Positions 13,401 through 28,200 of a DNA stretch of 64,000 nucleotides are shown piece after piece. The position numbers and the translations under genes were made by a program. The stretch is from the human T2T-CHM13v2.0 reference genome, Homo sapiens. Every line of letters begins with the position of its first letter. Positions within the stretch are counted from its first letter, which is position 1. The notes beneath the pieces were generated by a model. The model ran no database searches, was not told the origin of the DNA, and saw only the letters and a list, made by a program, of their open reading frames with translations. The DNA lies in the NCBI RefSeq assembly GCF_009914755.1, contig NC_060933.1. One strand, given 5' to 3'.

Positions 13401-16400
13401 TCCATTCCATTCCACTCCATTCCATTGCACTCGGGTTTATTCCATTCCATTCCATTCCATTACATTCCGGAAGATTCCATTCCATTCCATTCCATTCCAT
13501 TCCATTCCCCTGCACTCGTGTTGATTCCATTCCATTCCATTCCATTCCATTCCATTCCATTCCATTCCTTTCCGTTCCATTCCATTCCATTCCATTCCAT
13601 TCCAATCCATTCCATTCCGTTCCGTTCCGTTCCATTCCATTCCATTCCATTCTATTCGGGTTAATTCCATTCCATTCCATTCGATTGCAATCGAGTTGAT
13701 TCCATTCCATTCCATTCCATTCCATTCCATTCCATTCCTTTCCATTCCATTACGGATGATTAAATTCCGTTGCATTCCATTCCATTCCATTCCCCTGTAC
13801 TCGGGTTGATTCCATTCCATTCCATTCCAATCCATGCCATTCCACTCGTGTTGATTCCATTCTTTCCATTCCATTCAAGTTGAATCCATTCCATTGCATT
13901 CCATTCCATTCCATTCCCCTGCAGTCGGGTTGTTTCCATTCCATTCCATTCCATTCCATTCCATTCCATTCCATTCCGTTCCGTTCCATTCCATTCCATT
14001 CCATTCTATTCGGATTAATTCCATTCCATTCCATTCCATTCCATTCCATTCCATTCCATTCCAATCGAGTTGATTCCATTCCATTCCATTCCATTCCATT
14101 CCACTCCATTCCAGTCCTTTCCATTCCATTCCACTCGGGTTGATTCCAATGTATTCCTTTCCATTCCATTCCATTCCATTGCAATCGAGTTGATTCCATT
14201 GCTTTGCATTCCATTCCATTCCATTCCATTCCGGATGATTCCATTCCATTGCATTCCATTCCATTCCATTCCCCTGCACTCGGGTTGATTCCATTCGATT
14301 CCACTCCATTCCGTTCCATTCCATTCCATTGCATTGTATTCGGGTTAATTCCATTCCATTCCATTCCATTCCATTCCATTCCATTCCATTACAGTCGAGT
14401 TGATTCCATTCCATTCCATTCCATTCCAGTCCTTTCCATTCCATTCCTCTCGGGTTGATTCCATTCTATTAGTTTCCATTCCATTCCATTCCCTTCCATT
14501 CCTCTCAGGTTTTTTCCATTCCTTTCCATTCCACTCGAATACATTCCCTCCTATTCCACTCAGAACGATTCCATTCCATTCCATTCCATTCCATTCCATT
14601 TCGTTCCATTCCATTCTATTCCGCATCATTCCATTCCATTCCATTCCATTCCATTCCATTCCATTCCATTGTACTCGGGTTGATTCAATTCCATTGCATT
14701 CCATTCCATTCCATTCCATTCCACTCCGTTGCATTCCATTCCATTACATTCGGATTGATTCTATTCAACTCCCTTACTCTCCATTCCATTCCATTCCATT
14801 CGGGTTGTTCCATTCCATTCCATTCCATTCCACTCCATTCCATTGCACTCAGGTTGATTCCATTCCATTCCATTACATTCCATTCCATTCCATTCCATTC
14901 CGGATGATTCCATTCCATTGCATTCCGTTCCATTACATTCCCCTGCACTCGCGTTGATTCCATTCCATTCCATTCCATTCCATTCAATTCCATTCCATTA
15001 CAATTCGTTCCATTCCATTCTATTCTGTACCATTCCATTCCATTCCATACCATTCCATTGCATTCCATTCCATTCCATTCCGTTCCATTCCGTTCCATTC
15101 CATTCCATTCCATTCTATTCGAATTAATTCCATTCAATTCCATTCCATTCCATTCTATTCCATTCCATTGCAATCGAGTTGAATCCATTGCATTTCATTG
15201 CATTCCAGTCCATTCCATTCCATTCCGGAAGATTCCATTCCATTGCATTCCATTCCATTCCATTCCCCTGCACTCACGTTGATTCCATTCCATTCCATTC
15301 CATTCCATTCCATTCCGTTCCGTTCCATTCCATTCCATTCCATTCCATTCCATTCCGTTCCGTTCCATTCCATTCCATTCCATTCTATTCGGGTTAATTC
15401 CATTCCATTCCATTCGATTGCAATCGAGTTGATTCCATTCCATTCCATTCCATTCCATTCCATTCCATTCCATTCCATTCCTTTCCATTCCATTCCGGAT
15501 GATTCCATTCCATTGCATTCCATACCATTCCATTCCCCTATACTCGGGTTGATTCCATTCCATTCCATTCCAATCCATGCCATTCCACTCGTGTTGATTC
15601 CATTCTTTCCATTCCATTCAAGTAGAATCCATTCCATTGCATTCCATTCCATTCGATTCCATTCCATTGCACTCGGGTTGATTCCATTCCATTCCATTCC
15701 ATTGCATTCCATTCCATTCCATTCCGGATGATTCCATTCCATTCCATTCCATTCAATTCCATTCCATTCCATTCCCCTGCAGTCGGGTTGATTCCATTCC
15801 ATTCCATTCCATTCCATTCCATTCCGTTCCATTCCATTCCATTCCATTCTATTCGGGTTAATTCTATTCCATTCCATTCCATTCCATTCCATTCCATTCC
15901 ATTCCAATCGAGTTGATTCCATTCCATTCCATTCCATTCCATTCCACTCCATTCCAGTCCTTTCCATTCCATTACACTCGGGTTGATTCCATTCTATTCC
16001 TTTCCATTCCATTCCATTCCATTGCAATCGAGTTGATTCCATTGCTTTGCATTCCATTCCATTCCATTCCATTCCGGATGATTCCATTCCATTGCATTCC
16101 ATTCCATTCCATTCCCCTGCACTCGGGTTGATTCCATTCCATTCCACTCCATTCTGTTCCATTCCATTCCGTTCCATTGTATTCGGGTTAATTCCATTCC
16201 ATTCCATTCCATTCCATTCCATTACTCGAGTTGATTCTATTCCATTCCATTCCATTCCATTCCATTCCACTCCAGTCCTTTCCATTCCATTCCACTCGGG
16301 TTGATTCCATTCTATTAGTTTCCATTCCATTCCATTCCCTTCCATTCCACTCTGGTTGATTCCATTCTTTTCCATTCCAGTCGAATACATTCCCTCCTAT

Positions 16401-16688
16401 TCCACTCGGAACGATTCCATTCCATTCCATTCCATTCCATTCCATTCCATTCGATTCCAGTTCGTTCCATTCCATTCTATTCCGTACCATTCCATTCCAT
16501 TCCATTCCTTTCCATTCCATTCCTTTCCACTCGTGTTGATTCCATTCCTTTCCATTCCATTCGGTTTGAAGGCATTCCATTCCATTAAATTCCACTCCAT
16601 TCCATTCAATTCCATTCCATTCTATTCCATTCCATTGCAATCGAGTTGAATCCATTGCCTTTCATTCCATTCCATTCCATTCCATTCC

Positions 16689-19600
16689 ATTCCGGAAGAT
16701 TCCATTCCATTCCATTCCATTCCATTCCATTCCATTCCATTCCCCTGCACTCGCGTTGATTCCATTCTATTCCATTCCATTCCATTCCGTTCCGTTCCGT
16801 TCCATTCCATTCCATTCCATTCCGTTCCGTTCCATTCCATTGCATTCCATTCTATTCGGGTTAATTCCATTCCATTCCATTCGATTGCCATCGAGTTGAT
16901 TCCATTCCATTCCATTCCATTCCATTCCATTCCATTCCATTCCATTCCTTTCCATTCCATTACGGATGACTCCATTCCATTGCTTTCCATTCCTTTCCAT
17001 TCCCCTTTACTCGGGTTGATTCCATTCCATTCCATTCCACTCCATTCGGTTCCGTTGCATTCCATTCTATTGCATTCCATTCTATTCGGGTTAATTCCTT
17101 TCCATTCTATTCCATTCCATTCCATTCCATTCCATTGCAATGGAGTTTATTCCATTCCATTCCATTCCATTCCGGATGATTCCATTCCATTGCATTCCAT
17201 TCCATTCCATTCCCCTGCTCTCGTGTTGATTCCATTCCCTTCCATTCCATTCCATTCCGTTCCATTCCATTCCATTCCATTCTATTCCGGTTAATTCCAT
17301 TCCATTCCATTCCATTCCATTCCATTCCATTCCATTGCAATCGAGTTGATTCCATTCCATTCCTTTCAATTCCATTCCATTGCCTTGCATTCCACTCGGG
17401 TTGATTCCATTCCCTTCTTTCCACTCCATTACATTCCCTTCCATTCCACTCGGAATGATTCATTCCATTCCATTCCATTCCATTTCATTCCATTGCAATC
17501 CATTCCAATCCATTCCATTCCATTCCATTCCACTCGAGTTGACTTCATTCCATTCCTTTCCATTCCATTCCATTCCTTTCACTGGTGTTGATTCCATTCC
17601 ATTCCAATCCATTGCAATCCATTCCATGCCATTCCACTCGGGTTGATTCCATTCCTTTGCATTCCATTCCATTCCATTGCATTCCATTCCAATCCATTCC
17701 GTTGCATTCCATTCCATTACATTCGGATTGATTCTATTCAACTCCCTTACTGTCCATTACATTCCATTCCATTCGGGTTGTTCCATTTCATTCCATTCCA
17801 TTCCATTCCACTCCATTCCATTGCACTCGGGTTGATTCCATTCCATTCCATTCAATTCCATTCCATTCCGGATGATTCCATTCCATTGCATTCCGTTCCA
17901 TTACATTCCCCTGCACTCGGGTTGATACCATTCCATTCCATTCCATTCCATTCCATTCCATTCGATTCCATTCCGGATGATTCCATTCCATTGCATTCCA
18001 TTCCATTCCATTCTCCTGCACTCGGGTTGATTACATTCCATTTCCTTCCCTTCCATTCCTTTCCATTCCATTCCATTCCATTCTATTCGGGTGAATTCCA
18101 TTCCATTCCATTCCATTCCATTCCATTCCATTCCATTCCATTCCATTCCATTGCAATCGAGTTGATTCCATTCGATTCCATTCCTTTCCGTTCCGGATGA
18201 TTCCATTCCATTCCATTCCATTCCCGTGCAGTCGGGTTGATTCCATTCCATTCCATTCTATTCCATTCTATTCCATTCCATTCCGTTCCATTCCATTCCA
18301 TTCCATTCTATTCGGGTTAATTGCATTCCATTCCATTCCATTCCATTCCATTCCATTCCAATCGAATTGATTCCATTCCATTCCATTCCATTCCATTCCA
18401 CTCCATTCCAGTCCTTTCCATTCCATTACACTCGGGTTGATTCCATTCTATTCCTTTCTATTCCATTCCATTCCATTGCAATCGAGTTGATTCCATTGCT
18501 TTGCATTCCATTCCATTCCATTCCCCTGCACTCGGGTTGATTCCATTCCATTCCACTCCATTCCATTCCATTCCATGCCATTCCATTTTATTCGGGTTAA
18601 TTCCATTCCATTCCATCCCATTCCACTCCATTCCATTCCATTCCATTCCATTACAATCGAGTTGATTCCATTCCATTCCATTCCATTCCATTCCATTCCA
18701 TTCCATTCCATTCCATTGCAATCGAGTTGATTCCATTCCATTTCATTCCATTCCATTCCATTACATTCCATTCCAATCGAGTTGATTCCATTCCATTTCA
18801 TTCCATTCCATTCCATTCCATTCCATTCCATTCCAGTCCTTTCCATTCCATTCCACTCGGGTTGATTCCATTCTATTAGTTTCCATTCCATTCCATTCTC
18901 TTCCATTCCACTCTGGGTGATTCCATTCCTTTCCATTCCACTCGAATACATTCCCTCCTATTCTACTCGGAACGATTCCATTCCATTCCATTCCATTCCA
19001 TTCCATTCCATTCCATTCCATTCCATTCCATTTTGTTCCATTCCATTCTGTTCCGTATCATTCCATTCCATTCCATTCCATTCCCTTCCATTCCATTCCA
19101 TTACATTCCACTCGTGTTGATTCCATTCCTTTCCATTCCATTCGGTTTGAAGGCATTCCATTCCATTCCATTCCATTCCATTCCATTCCATTGTACTCGG
19201 GTTGATTCTATTCCATTGCATTCCATTCCATTCCAATCCGTTGCATTCCATTCCATTACATTCGGATTGATTCTATTCAACTCCCTTACTCTCCATTACA
19301 TTCCATTCCATTCGGGTTGTTCCATTCCATTCCATTCCATTCCACTCCATTCCATTGCACTCGGGTTGATTCCATTCCATTCCATTCCATTCCATTCCAT
19401 TCCGGATGATTCCGTTCCATTGCATTCCGTTCCATTACATTCCCCTGCACTCGCGTTGATTCCACTCCATTCCATTCCATTCCATTCCATTCAATTCCAT
19501 TCCATTACAATTCGTTCCATTCCATTCTATTCCGTACCATTCCATTCCATTCCATACCATTCCATTCCATTCCATTCCATTCCATTCCGTTCCGTTCCAT

Positions 19601-22600
19601 TCCGTTCCATTCCATTCCATTCCATTCCATTCCATTGCAATCGAGTTGAATCCATTGCATTTCATTCCATTCCATTCCATTCCATTCCATTCCGGAAGAT
19701 TCCATTCCATTGCATTCCATTCCATTCCATTCCCCTGCACTCGCGTTGATTCCATTCCATTCCATTCCATTCCATTGCATTCCGTTCTGTTCCGTTCCAT
19801 TTCATTCCATTCCATTCCATTACATTCCGTTCCCTTCCATTCCATTCCATTCCATTCTATTCGGGTTAATTCCATTCCATTCCATTCGATTGCAATCGAG
19901 TTGATTCCATTCCATTCCATTCTATTCCGTTCCGGATGATTCCATTCTATTGCATTCCATTCCATTCCATTCCCCTGCAGTCGGGTTGATTCCATTCCAT
20001 TCCATTCCGTTCCATTCCATTCCATTCCATTCTATTCGTGTTAATTCCATTCCATTCCTTTCCATTCCATTCCATTCCATTCCAATCGAGTTGATTGCAT
20101 TCCATTCCATTCCATTCCATTACACTCCATTCCAGTCCTTTCCATTCCATTACACTCGGGTTGATTCCGTTCTATTCCTTTCCATTCCATTCCATTCCAT
20201 TGCAATCGAGTTGATTCCATTGCTTTGCATTCCATTCCATTCCATTCCATTCCGGATGATTCCATTCCATTGCATTCCATTCCATTCCATTCCCCTGCAC
20301 TCGGGTTGATTGCATTCCATTCCACTCCATTCCGTTCCATTCTAGTCCATTCCATTGTATTCGGGTTAATTCCATTCCATTCCATTCCATTCCATTCCAT
20401 TCCCTTACAATGTAGTTGATTCCATTGAATTCCATTCCATTCCATTCCATTCCAGTCCTTTCCATTCCATTCCACTCGTGTTGATTCCATTCTATTAGTT
20501 TCCATTCCATTCCATTCCCTTCCATTCCAATCTGGTTGATTCCATTCCTTTCCATTCCACTCGAATACATTCCCTCCTATTCCACTCAGAACTATTCCAT
20601 TCCATTCCATTCCATTCCATTCCATTCCATTCCATTCCAGTTCGTTCCATTCCATTCTATTCCGTACCATTCTATTCCATTCCATTCCTTTCCATTCCAT
20701 TCCTTTCCACTCGTGGTGATTCCATTCCTTTCCATTCCATTCGGTTTGAAGGCATTCCATTCCATTCCATTCCATTCCATTCCATTCCATTCCATTCCAT
20801 TCCATTGTACTCGAGTTGATTCCATTCCATTGCATTCAATTCCATTCCATTCCATTCCATTGTACTCGAGTTGATTCCATTCCATTGCATTCCATTCCAT
20901 TCCATTCCATTTCATTCCGTTGCATTCCTTTCCTTTACATTCGGATTGATTCTATTCAACTCCCTTACTCTCCATTACATTCCATTCCATTCGGGTTGTT
21001 CCATTCCATTCCATTCCATTCCACTCCATTCCATTGCACTCGGGTTGATTCCATTCCATTCCATTCCATTCCATTCCATTCCGGATGATTCCATTCCATT
21101 GCATTCCGTTCCATTACATTCCCCTGCACTCGCGTTGATTCCATTCCATTGCATTCCATTCCATTCCATTCAATTCCATTCCATTGCAATTCGTTCCACT
21201 GCATTCTATTCCGTACCATTCCATTCCATTCCATTCCATTCCGTTCCGTTCTGTTCCTTTCCATTCCATTCCATTCTATTCGGATTAATTCCATTCCATT
21301 CCATTCCATTCCATTCTATTCCATTCCATTGCAATCGAGTTGAATCCATTGCATTTCATTCCATTCCATTCCATTCCATTCCATTCCGGAAGATTCCATT
21401 CCATTGCATTCCATTCCATTCCATTCCCCTGCACTCGCGTTGATTCCATTCCATTCCATTCCATTCCATTCCATTCCATTCCGTTCCGTTCAATTCCATT
21501 CCATTCCATTCCATTCCATTCCATTCCATTCCATTCCGTTCCGTTCCATTCCATTCCATTCCATTCTATTCGGGTTAATTCCATTCCATTCCATTCGATT
21601 GCAATCGAGTTGATTCCATTCCATTCCATTCCATTCCAGTCCTTTCCATTCCATTCCACTCGGGTTGATTCCATTCTATTAGTTTCCATTCCATTCCATT
21701 CCCTTCCATTCCACTCTGGTTGATTCCATTCCTTTCCATTACACTCGAATACATTCCCTCCTATTCCACTCGGAACCATTCCATTCCATTCCATTCCATT
21801 CCATTCCATTCCATTTCATTTCGTTCCATTCCATTCTATTCCGTATCATTCCATTCCATTCCATTCCATTCCATTCCATTCCATTCCATTGTACTCCGGT
21901 GATTCCATTCCATTGCATTGCATTCCATTCCATTCCATTCCATTCCGTTGCATTCCATTCCATTACATTCGGATTGATTCTATTCAACTCCCTTACTCTC
22001 CATTACATTCCATTCCATTCGGGTTGTTCCCTTCCATTCCATTCCATTACACTCCATTCCATTGCACTCGGGTTGATTCCATTCCATTCCATTCCATTCC
22101 ATTCCATTCCGGATGATTCCATTCCATTGCATTCCGTTCCATTACATTCCCCTGCACTCGCGTTGATTCCATTCCTTTCCATTCCATTCCATTCAATTTC
22201 ATTCCATTACAATTCGTTCCATTCCATTCTATGCCGTACCATTCCATTCCATTCCATTCCAATCGAGTTGATTCCATTCCATTCCATTCCATTCCATTCC
22301 ACTCCATTCCAGTCCTTTCCATTCCATTCCACTCGGGTTGATTCCAATGTATTCCTTTCCATTCCATTCCATTCCATTGCATTCCGTTCCATTACATTCC
22401 CCTGCACTCACGTTGATTCCATTCCATTCCATTCCATTCCATTCAATTCCATTCCATTACAATTCGTTCCATTCCATTCTATTCCGTACCATTCCATTCC
22501 ATTCCATTCCAATCGAGTTGATTCCATTCCATTCCATTCCATTCCATTCCACTCCATTCCAGTCCTTTCCATTCCATTCCACTCAGGGTGATTCCAATGT

Positions 22601-25278
22601 ATTCCTTTCCATTCCATTCCATTCCATTGCAACCGAGTTGATTCCATTGCTTTGCATTCCATTCCATTCCATTCCATTCCGGATGATTCCATTCCATTGC
22701 ATTCCATTCCATTCCATTCCCCTGCACTCGGGTTGATTCCATTCCATTCCACTCCATTCCGTACCATTCCATTCCATTCCATTCCATTGTATTCGGGTTA
22801 ATTCCATTCCATTCCATTCCATTCCATTCCATTCCATTCCATTGCAATCGAGTTGATTCCATTCCATTTCAATCCATTCCATTCCATTCCATTCCATTCC
22901 AATCGAGTTGATTCCATTCCATTTCATTCCATTCCATTCCATTCCATTCCATTCCAGTCCTTTCCATTCCATTCCACTGGGGTTGATTCCATTCTATTAG
23001 TTTCCATTCCATTCCATTCTCTTCCATTCCACTCTGGGTGATTCCATTCCTTTCCATTCCACTCGAATACATTCCCTCCTATTCTACTCGGAACGATTCC
23101 ATTCCATTCCATTCCATTCCATTCCATTCCATTCCATTCCATTCCATTTCGTTCCATTCCATTCTGTTCCGTATCATTCCATTCCATTCCATTCCATTCC
23201 CTTCCATTCCATTCCATTACATTCCACTCGTGTTGATTCCATTCCTTTCCATTCCATTCGGTTTGAAGGCATTCCATTCCATTCCATTCCATTCCATTGT
23301 ATTCGGGTTGATTCTATTCCATTGCATTCCATTCCATTCCAATCCGTTGCATTCCATTCCATTACATTCGGATTGATTCTATTCAACTCCCTTACTCTCC
23401 ATTACATTCCATTCCATTCGGGTTGTTCCATTCCATTCCATTCCATTCCACTCCATTCCATTGCACTCGGGTTGATTCCATTCTATTCCATTCCATTCCA
23501 TTCCATTCCGGATGATTCCGTTCCATTGCATTCCGTTCCATTACATTCCCCTCCACTCGCGTTGATTCCATTTCATTCCATTCCTTTCCATTCCATTCAA
23601 TTCCATTCCATTACAATTCGTTCCATTCCATTCTATTCCGTACCATTCCATTCCATTCCATACCATTCCATTCCATTCCATTCCATTCCATTCCGTTCCG
23701 TTCCATTCCGTTCCATTCCATTCCATTCCATTCCATTCCATTGCAATCGACTTGAATCCATTGTATTTCATTCCATTCCATTCCATTCCATTCCGGAAGA
23801 TTCCATTCCATTGCATTCCATTCCATTCCATTCCCCTGCACTCGCGTTGATTCCATTCCATTCCGTTGCATTCCGTTCCGTTCCGTTCCATTTCATTCCA
23901 TTCCATTCCATTCCATTCCGTTCCGTTCCATTCCATTCCATTCCATTCTATTCGGGTTAATTCCATTCCATTCCATTCGATTGCAATCGAGTTGATTCCA
24001 TTCCATTCCATTCCATTCCGTTCCGGATGATTCCATTCTATTGCATTCCATTCCATTCCATTCCCCTGCAGTCGGGTTGATTCCATTCCATTCCATTGCA
24101 TTCCATTCCGTTCCATTCCATTCCATTCCATTCTATTCGGGTAAATTCCATTCCATTCCTTTCCATTCCATTCCATTCCATTCCAATCGAGTTGATTCCA
24201 TTCCATTCCATTCCATTCCATTCCACTCCATTCCAGTCCTTTCCATTCCATTACACTCGGGTTGATTCCGTTCTATTCCTTTCCATTCCATTCCATTCCA
24301 TTGCAATCGAGTTGATTCCATTGCTTTGCATTCCATTCCTTTCCATTCCATTATGGATGATTCCATTCCATTCCATTCCATTCCATTCCATTCCCCTGCA
24401 CTCGGGTTGATTCCATTCCATTCCACTCCATTCCGTTCCATTCTAGTCCATTCCATTGTATTCGGGTTAATTCCATTCCATTCCATTCCATTCCATTCCA
24501 TTACAATGTAGTTGATTCCATTCAATTCCATTCCATTCCATTCCATTCCAGTCCTTTCCATTCCATTCCACTCGGGTTGATTCCATTCTATTAGTTTCCA
24601 TTCCATTCCATTCCCTTCCATTCCAATCTGGTTGATTCCATTCCTTTCCATTCCACTCGAATACATTCCCTCCTATTCCACTCAGAACGATTCCATTCCA
24701 TTCCATTCTATTCCATTCCATTCCATTCCATTCCATTCCAGTTCGTTCCATTCCATTCTATTCCGTACCATTCTATTCCATTCCATTCCTTTCCATTCCA
24801 TTCCATTCCACTCGTGGTGATTCCATTCCTTTCCATTCCATTCGGTTTGAAGGCATTCCATTCAATTCCATTCCATTCCATTCCATTCCATTCCATTCCA
24901 TTCCATTCCATTCCGTTGTACTCGAGTTGATTCCATTCCATTGCATTCAATTCCATTCCATTCCATTCCATTGTACTCGAGTTGATTCCATTCCATTGCA
25001 TTCCATTCCATTCCATTCCATTCCATTCCGTTGCATTCCATTCCATTACATTCGGATTGATTCTATTCAACTCCCTTACTCTCCATTACATTCCATTCCA
25101 TTCGGGTTGTTCCATTCCATTCCATTCCATTCCACTCCATTCCATTGCACTCGGGTTGATTCCATTCCATTCCATTCCATTCCATTCCATTCCGGATGAT
25201 TCCATTCCATTGCATTCCGTTCCATTACATTCCCCTGCACTCGCGTTGATTCCATTCCATTCCATTCCATTCCATTCC
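16689..25278 (+). repeat. 8.6 kb tandem duplication, copy 1
   Basis: Identical ORF translations recur at +8590 (17091/25681, 19033/27623, 20041/28631), +8610 (21889/30499) and +8615 (23322/31937). Private motifs such as TTCACTGGTGTTG (17578/26168) and CATTATGGATG (24349/32964) are shared. Confidence 0.93.
22121..22630 (+). repeat. 250-bp local tandem duplication (repeated at 30731-31240)
   Basis: ATTCCGTTCCATTACATTCCCCTGCACTC...ACAATTCG...CCAATGTATTCC starts at 22131 and 22381, with several substitutions between the two copies. Confidence 0.85.
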
Positions 25279-28200
25279 ATTCCGGAAGATTCCATTCCAT
25301 TCCATTCCATTCCATTCCATTCCATTCCATTCCCCTGCACTCGCGTTGATTCCATTCTATTCCATTCCATTCCATTCCGTTCCGTTCCGTTCCATTCCAT
25401 TCCATTCCATTCCGTTCCGTTCCATTCCATTGCATTCCATTCTATTCGGGTTAATTCCATTCCATTCCATTCGATTGCCATCGAGTTGATTCCATTCCAT
25501 TCCATTCCATTCCATTCCATTCCATTCCATTCCATTCCTTTCCATTCCATTACGGATGACTCCATTCCATTGCTTTCCATTCCTTTCCATTCCCCTTTAC
25601 TCGGGTTGATTCCATTCCATTCCATTCCACTCCATTCGGTTCCGTTGCATTCCATTCTATTGCATTCCATTCTATTCGGGTTAATTCCTTTCCATTCTAT
25701 TCCATTCCATTCCATTCCATTCCATTGCAATGGAGTTTATTCCATTCCATTCCATTCCATTCCGGATGATTCCATTCCATTGCATTCCATTCCATTCCAT
25801 TCCCCTGCTCTCGTGTTGATTCCATTCCCTTCCATTCCATTCCATTCCGTTCCATTCCATTCCATTCCACTCTATTCCGGTTAATTCCATTCCATTCCAT
25901 TCCATTCCATTCCATTCCATTCCATTGCAATCGAGTTGATTCCATTCCATTCCTTTCAATTCCATTCCATTGCCTTGCATTCCACTCGGGTTGATTCCAT
26001 TCCCTTCTTTCCACTCCATTACATTCCCTTCCATTCCACTCGGAATGATTCATTCCATTCCATTCCATTCCATTTCATTCCATTGCAATCCATTCCAATC
26101 CATTCCATTCCATTCCATTCCACTCGAGTTGACTTCATTCCATTCCTTTCCATTCCATTCCATTCCTTTCACTGGTGTTGATTCCATTCCATTCCAATCC
26201 ATTGCAATCCATTCCATGCCATTCCACTCGGGTTGATTCCATTCCTTTGCATTCCATTCCATTCCATTGCATTCCATTCCAATCCATTCCGTTGCATTCC
26301 ATTCCATTACATTCGGATTGATTCTATTCAACTCCCTTACTGTCCATTACATTCCATTCCATTCGGGTTGTTCCATTTCATTCCATTCCATTCCATTCCA
26401 CTCCATTCCATTGCACTCGGGTTGATTCCATTCCATTCCATTCAATTCCATTCCATTCCGGATGATTCCATTCCATTGCATTCCGTTCCATTACATTCCC
26501 CTGCACTCGGGTTGATACCATTCCATTCCATTCCATTCCATTCCATTCCATTCGATTCCATTCCGGATGATTCCATTCCATTGCATTCCATTCCATTCCA
26601 TTCTCCTGCACTCGGGTTGATTACATTCCATTTCCTTCCCTTCCATTCCTTTCCATTCCATTCCATTCCATTCTATTCGGGTGAATTCCATTCCATTCCA
26701 TTCCATTCCATTCCATTCCATTCCATTCCATTCCATTCCATTGCAATCGAGTTGATTCCATTCGATTCCATTCCTTTCCGTTCCGGATGATTCCATTCCA
26801 TTCCATTCCATTCCCGTGCAGTCGGGTTGATTCCATTCCATTCCATTCTATTCCATTCTATTCCATTCCATTCCGTTCCATTCCATTCCATTCCATTCTA
26901 TTCGGGTTAATTGCATTCCATTCCATTCCATTCCATTCCATTCCATTCCAATCGAATTGATTCCATTCCATTCCATTCCATTCCATTCCACTCCATTCCA
27001 GTCCTTTCCATTCCATTACACTCGGGTTGATTCCATTCTATTCCTTTCTATTCCATTCCATTCCATTGCAATCGAGTTGATTCCATTGCTTTGCATTCCA
27101 TTCCATTCCATTCCCCTGCACTCGGGTTGATTCCATTCCATTCCACTCCATTCCATTCCATTCCATGCCATTCCATTTTATTCGGGTTAATTCCATTCCA
27201 TTCCATCCCATTCCACTCCATTCCATTCCATTCCATTCCATTACAATCGAGTTGATTCCATTCCATTCCATTCCATTCCATTCCATTCCATTCCATTCCA
27301 TTCCATTGCAATCGAGTTGATTCCATTCCATTTCATTCCATTCCATTCCATTACATTCCATTCCAATCGAGTTGATTCCATTCCATTTCATTCCATTCCA
27401 TTCCATTCCATTCCATTCCATTCCAGTCCTTTCCATTCCATTCCACTCGGGTTGATTCCATTCTATTAGTTTCCATTCCATTCCATTCTCTTCCATTCCA
27501 CTCTGGGTGATTCCATTCCTTTCCATTCCACTCGAATACATTCCCTCCTATTCTACTCGGAACGATTCCATTCCATTCCATTCCATTCCATTCCATTCCA
27601 TTCCATTCCATTCCATTCCATTTTGTTCCATTCCATTCTGTTCCGTATCATTCCATTCCATTCCATTCCATTCCCTTCCATTCCATTCCATTACATTCCA
27701 CTCGTGTTGATTCCATTCCTTTCCATTCCATTCGGTTTGAAGGCATTCCATTCCATTCCATTCCATTCCATTCCATTCCATTGTACTCGGGTTGATTCTA
27801 TTCCATTGCATTCCATTCCATTCCAATCCGTTGCATTCCATTCCATTACATTCGGATTGATTCTATTCAACTCCCTTACTCTCCATTACATTCCATTCCA
27901 TTCGGGTTGTTCCATTCCATTCCATTCCATTCCACTCCATTCCATTGCACTCGGGTTGATTCCATTCCATTCCATTCCATTCCATTCCATTCCGGATGAT
28001 TCCGTTCCATTGCATTCCGTTCCATTACATTCCCCTGCACTCGCGTTGATTCCACTCCATTCCATTCCATTCCATTCCATTCAATTCCATTCCATTACAA
28101 TTCGTTCCATTCCATTCTATTCCGTACCATTCCATTCCATTCCATACCATTCCATTCCATTCCATTCCATTCCATTCCGTTCCGTTCCATTCCGTTCCAT

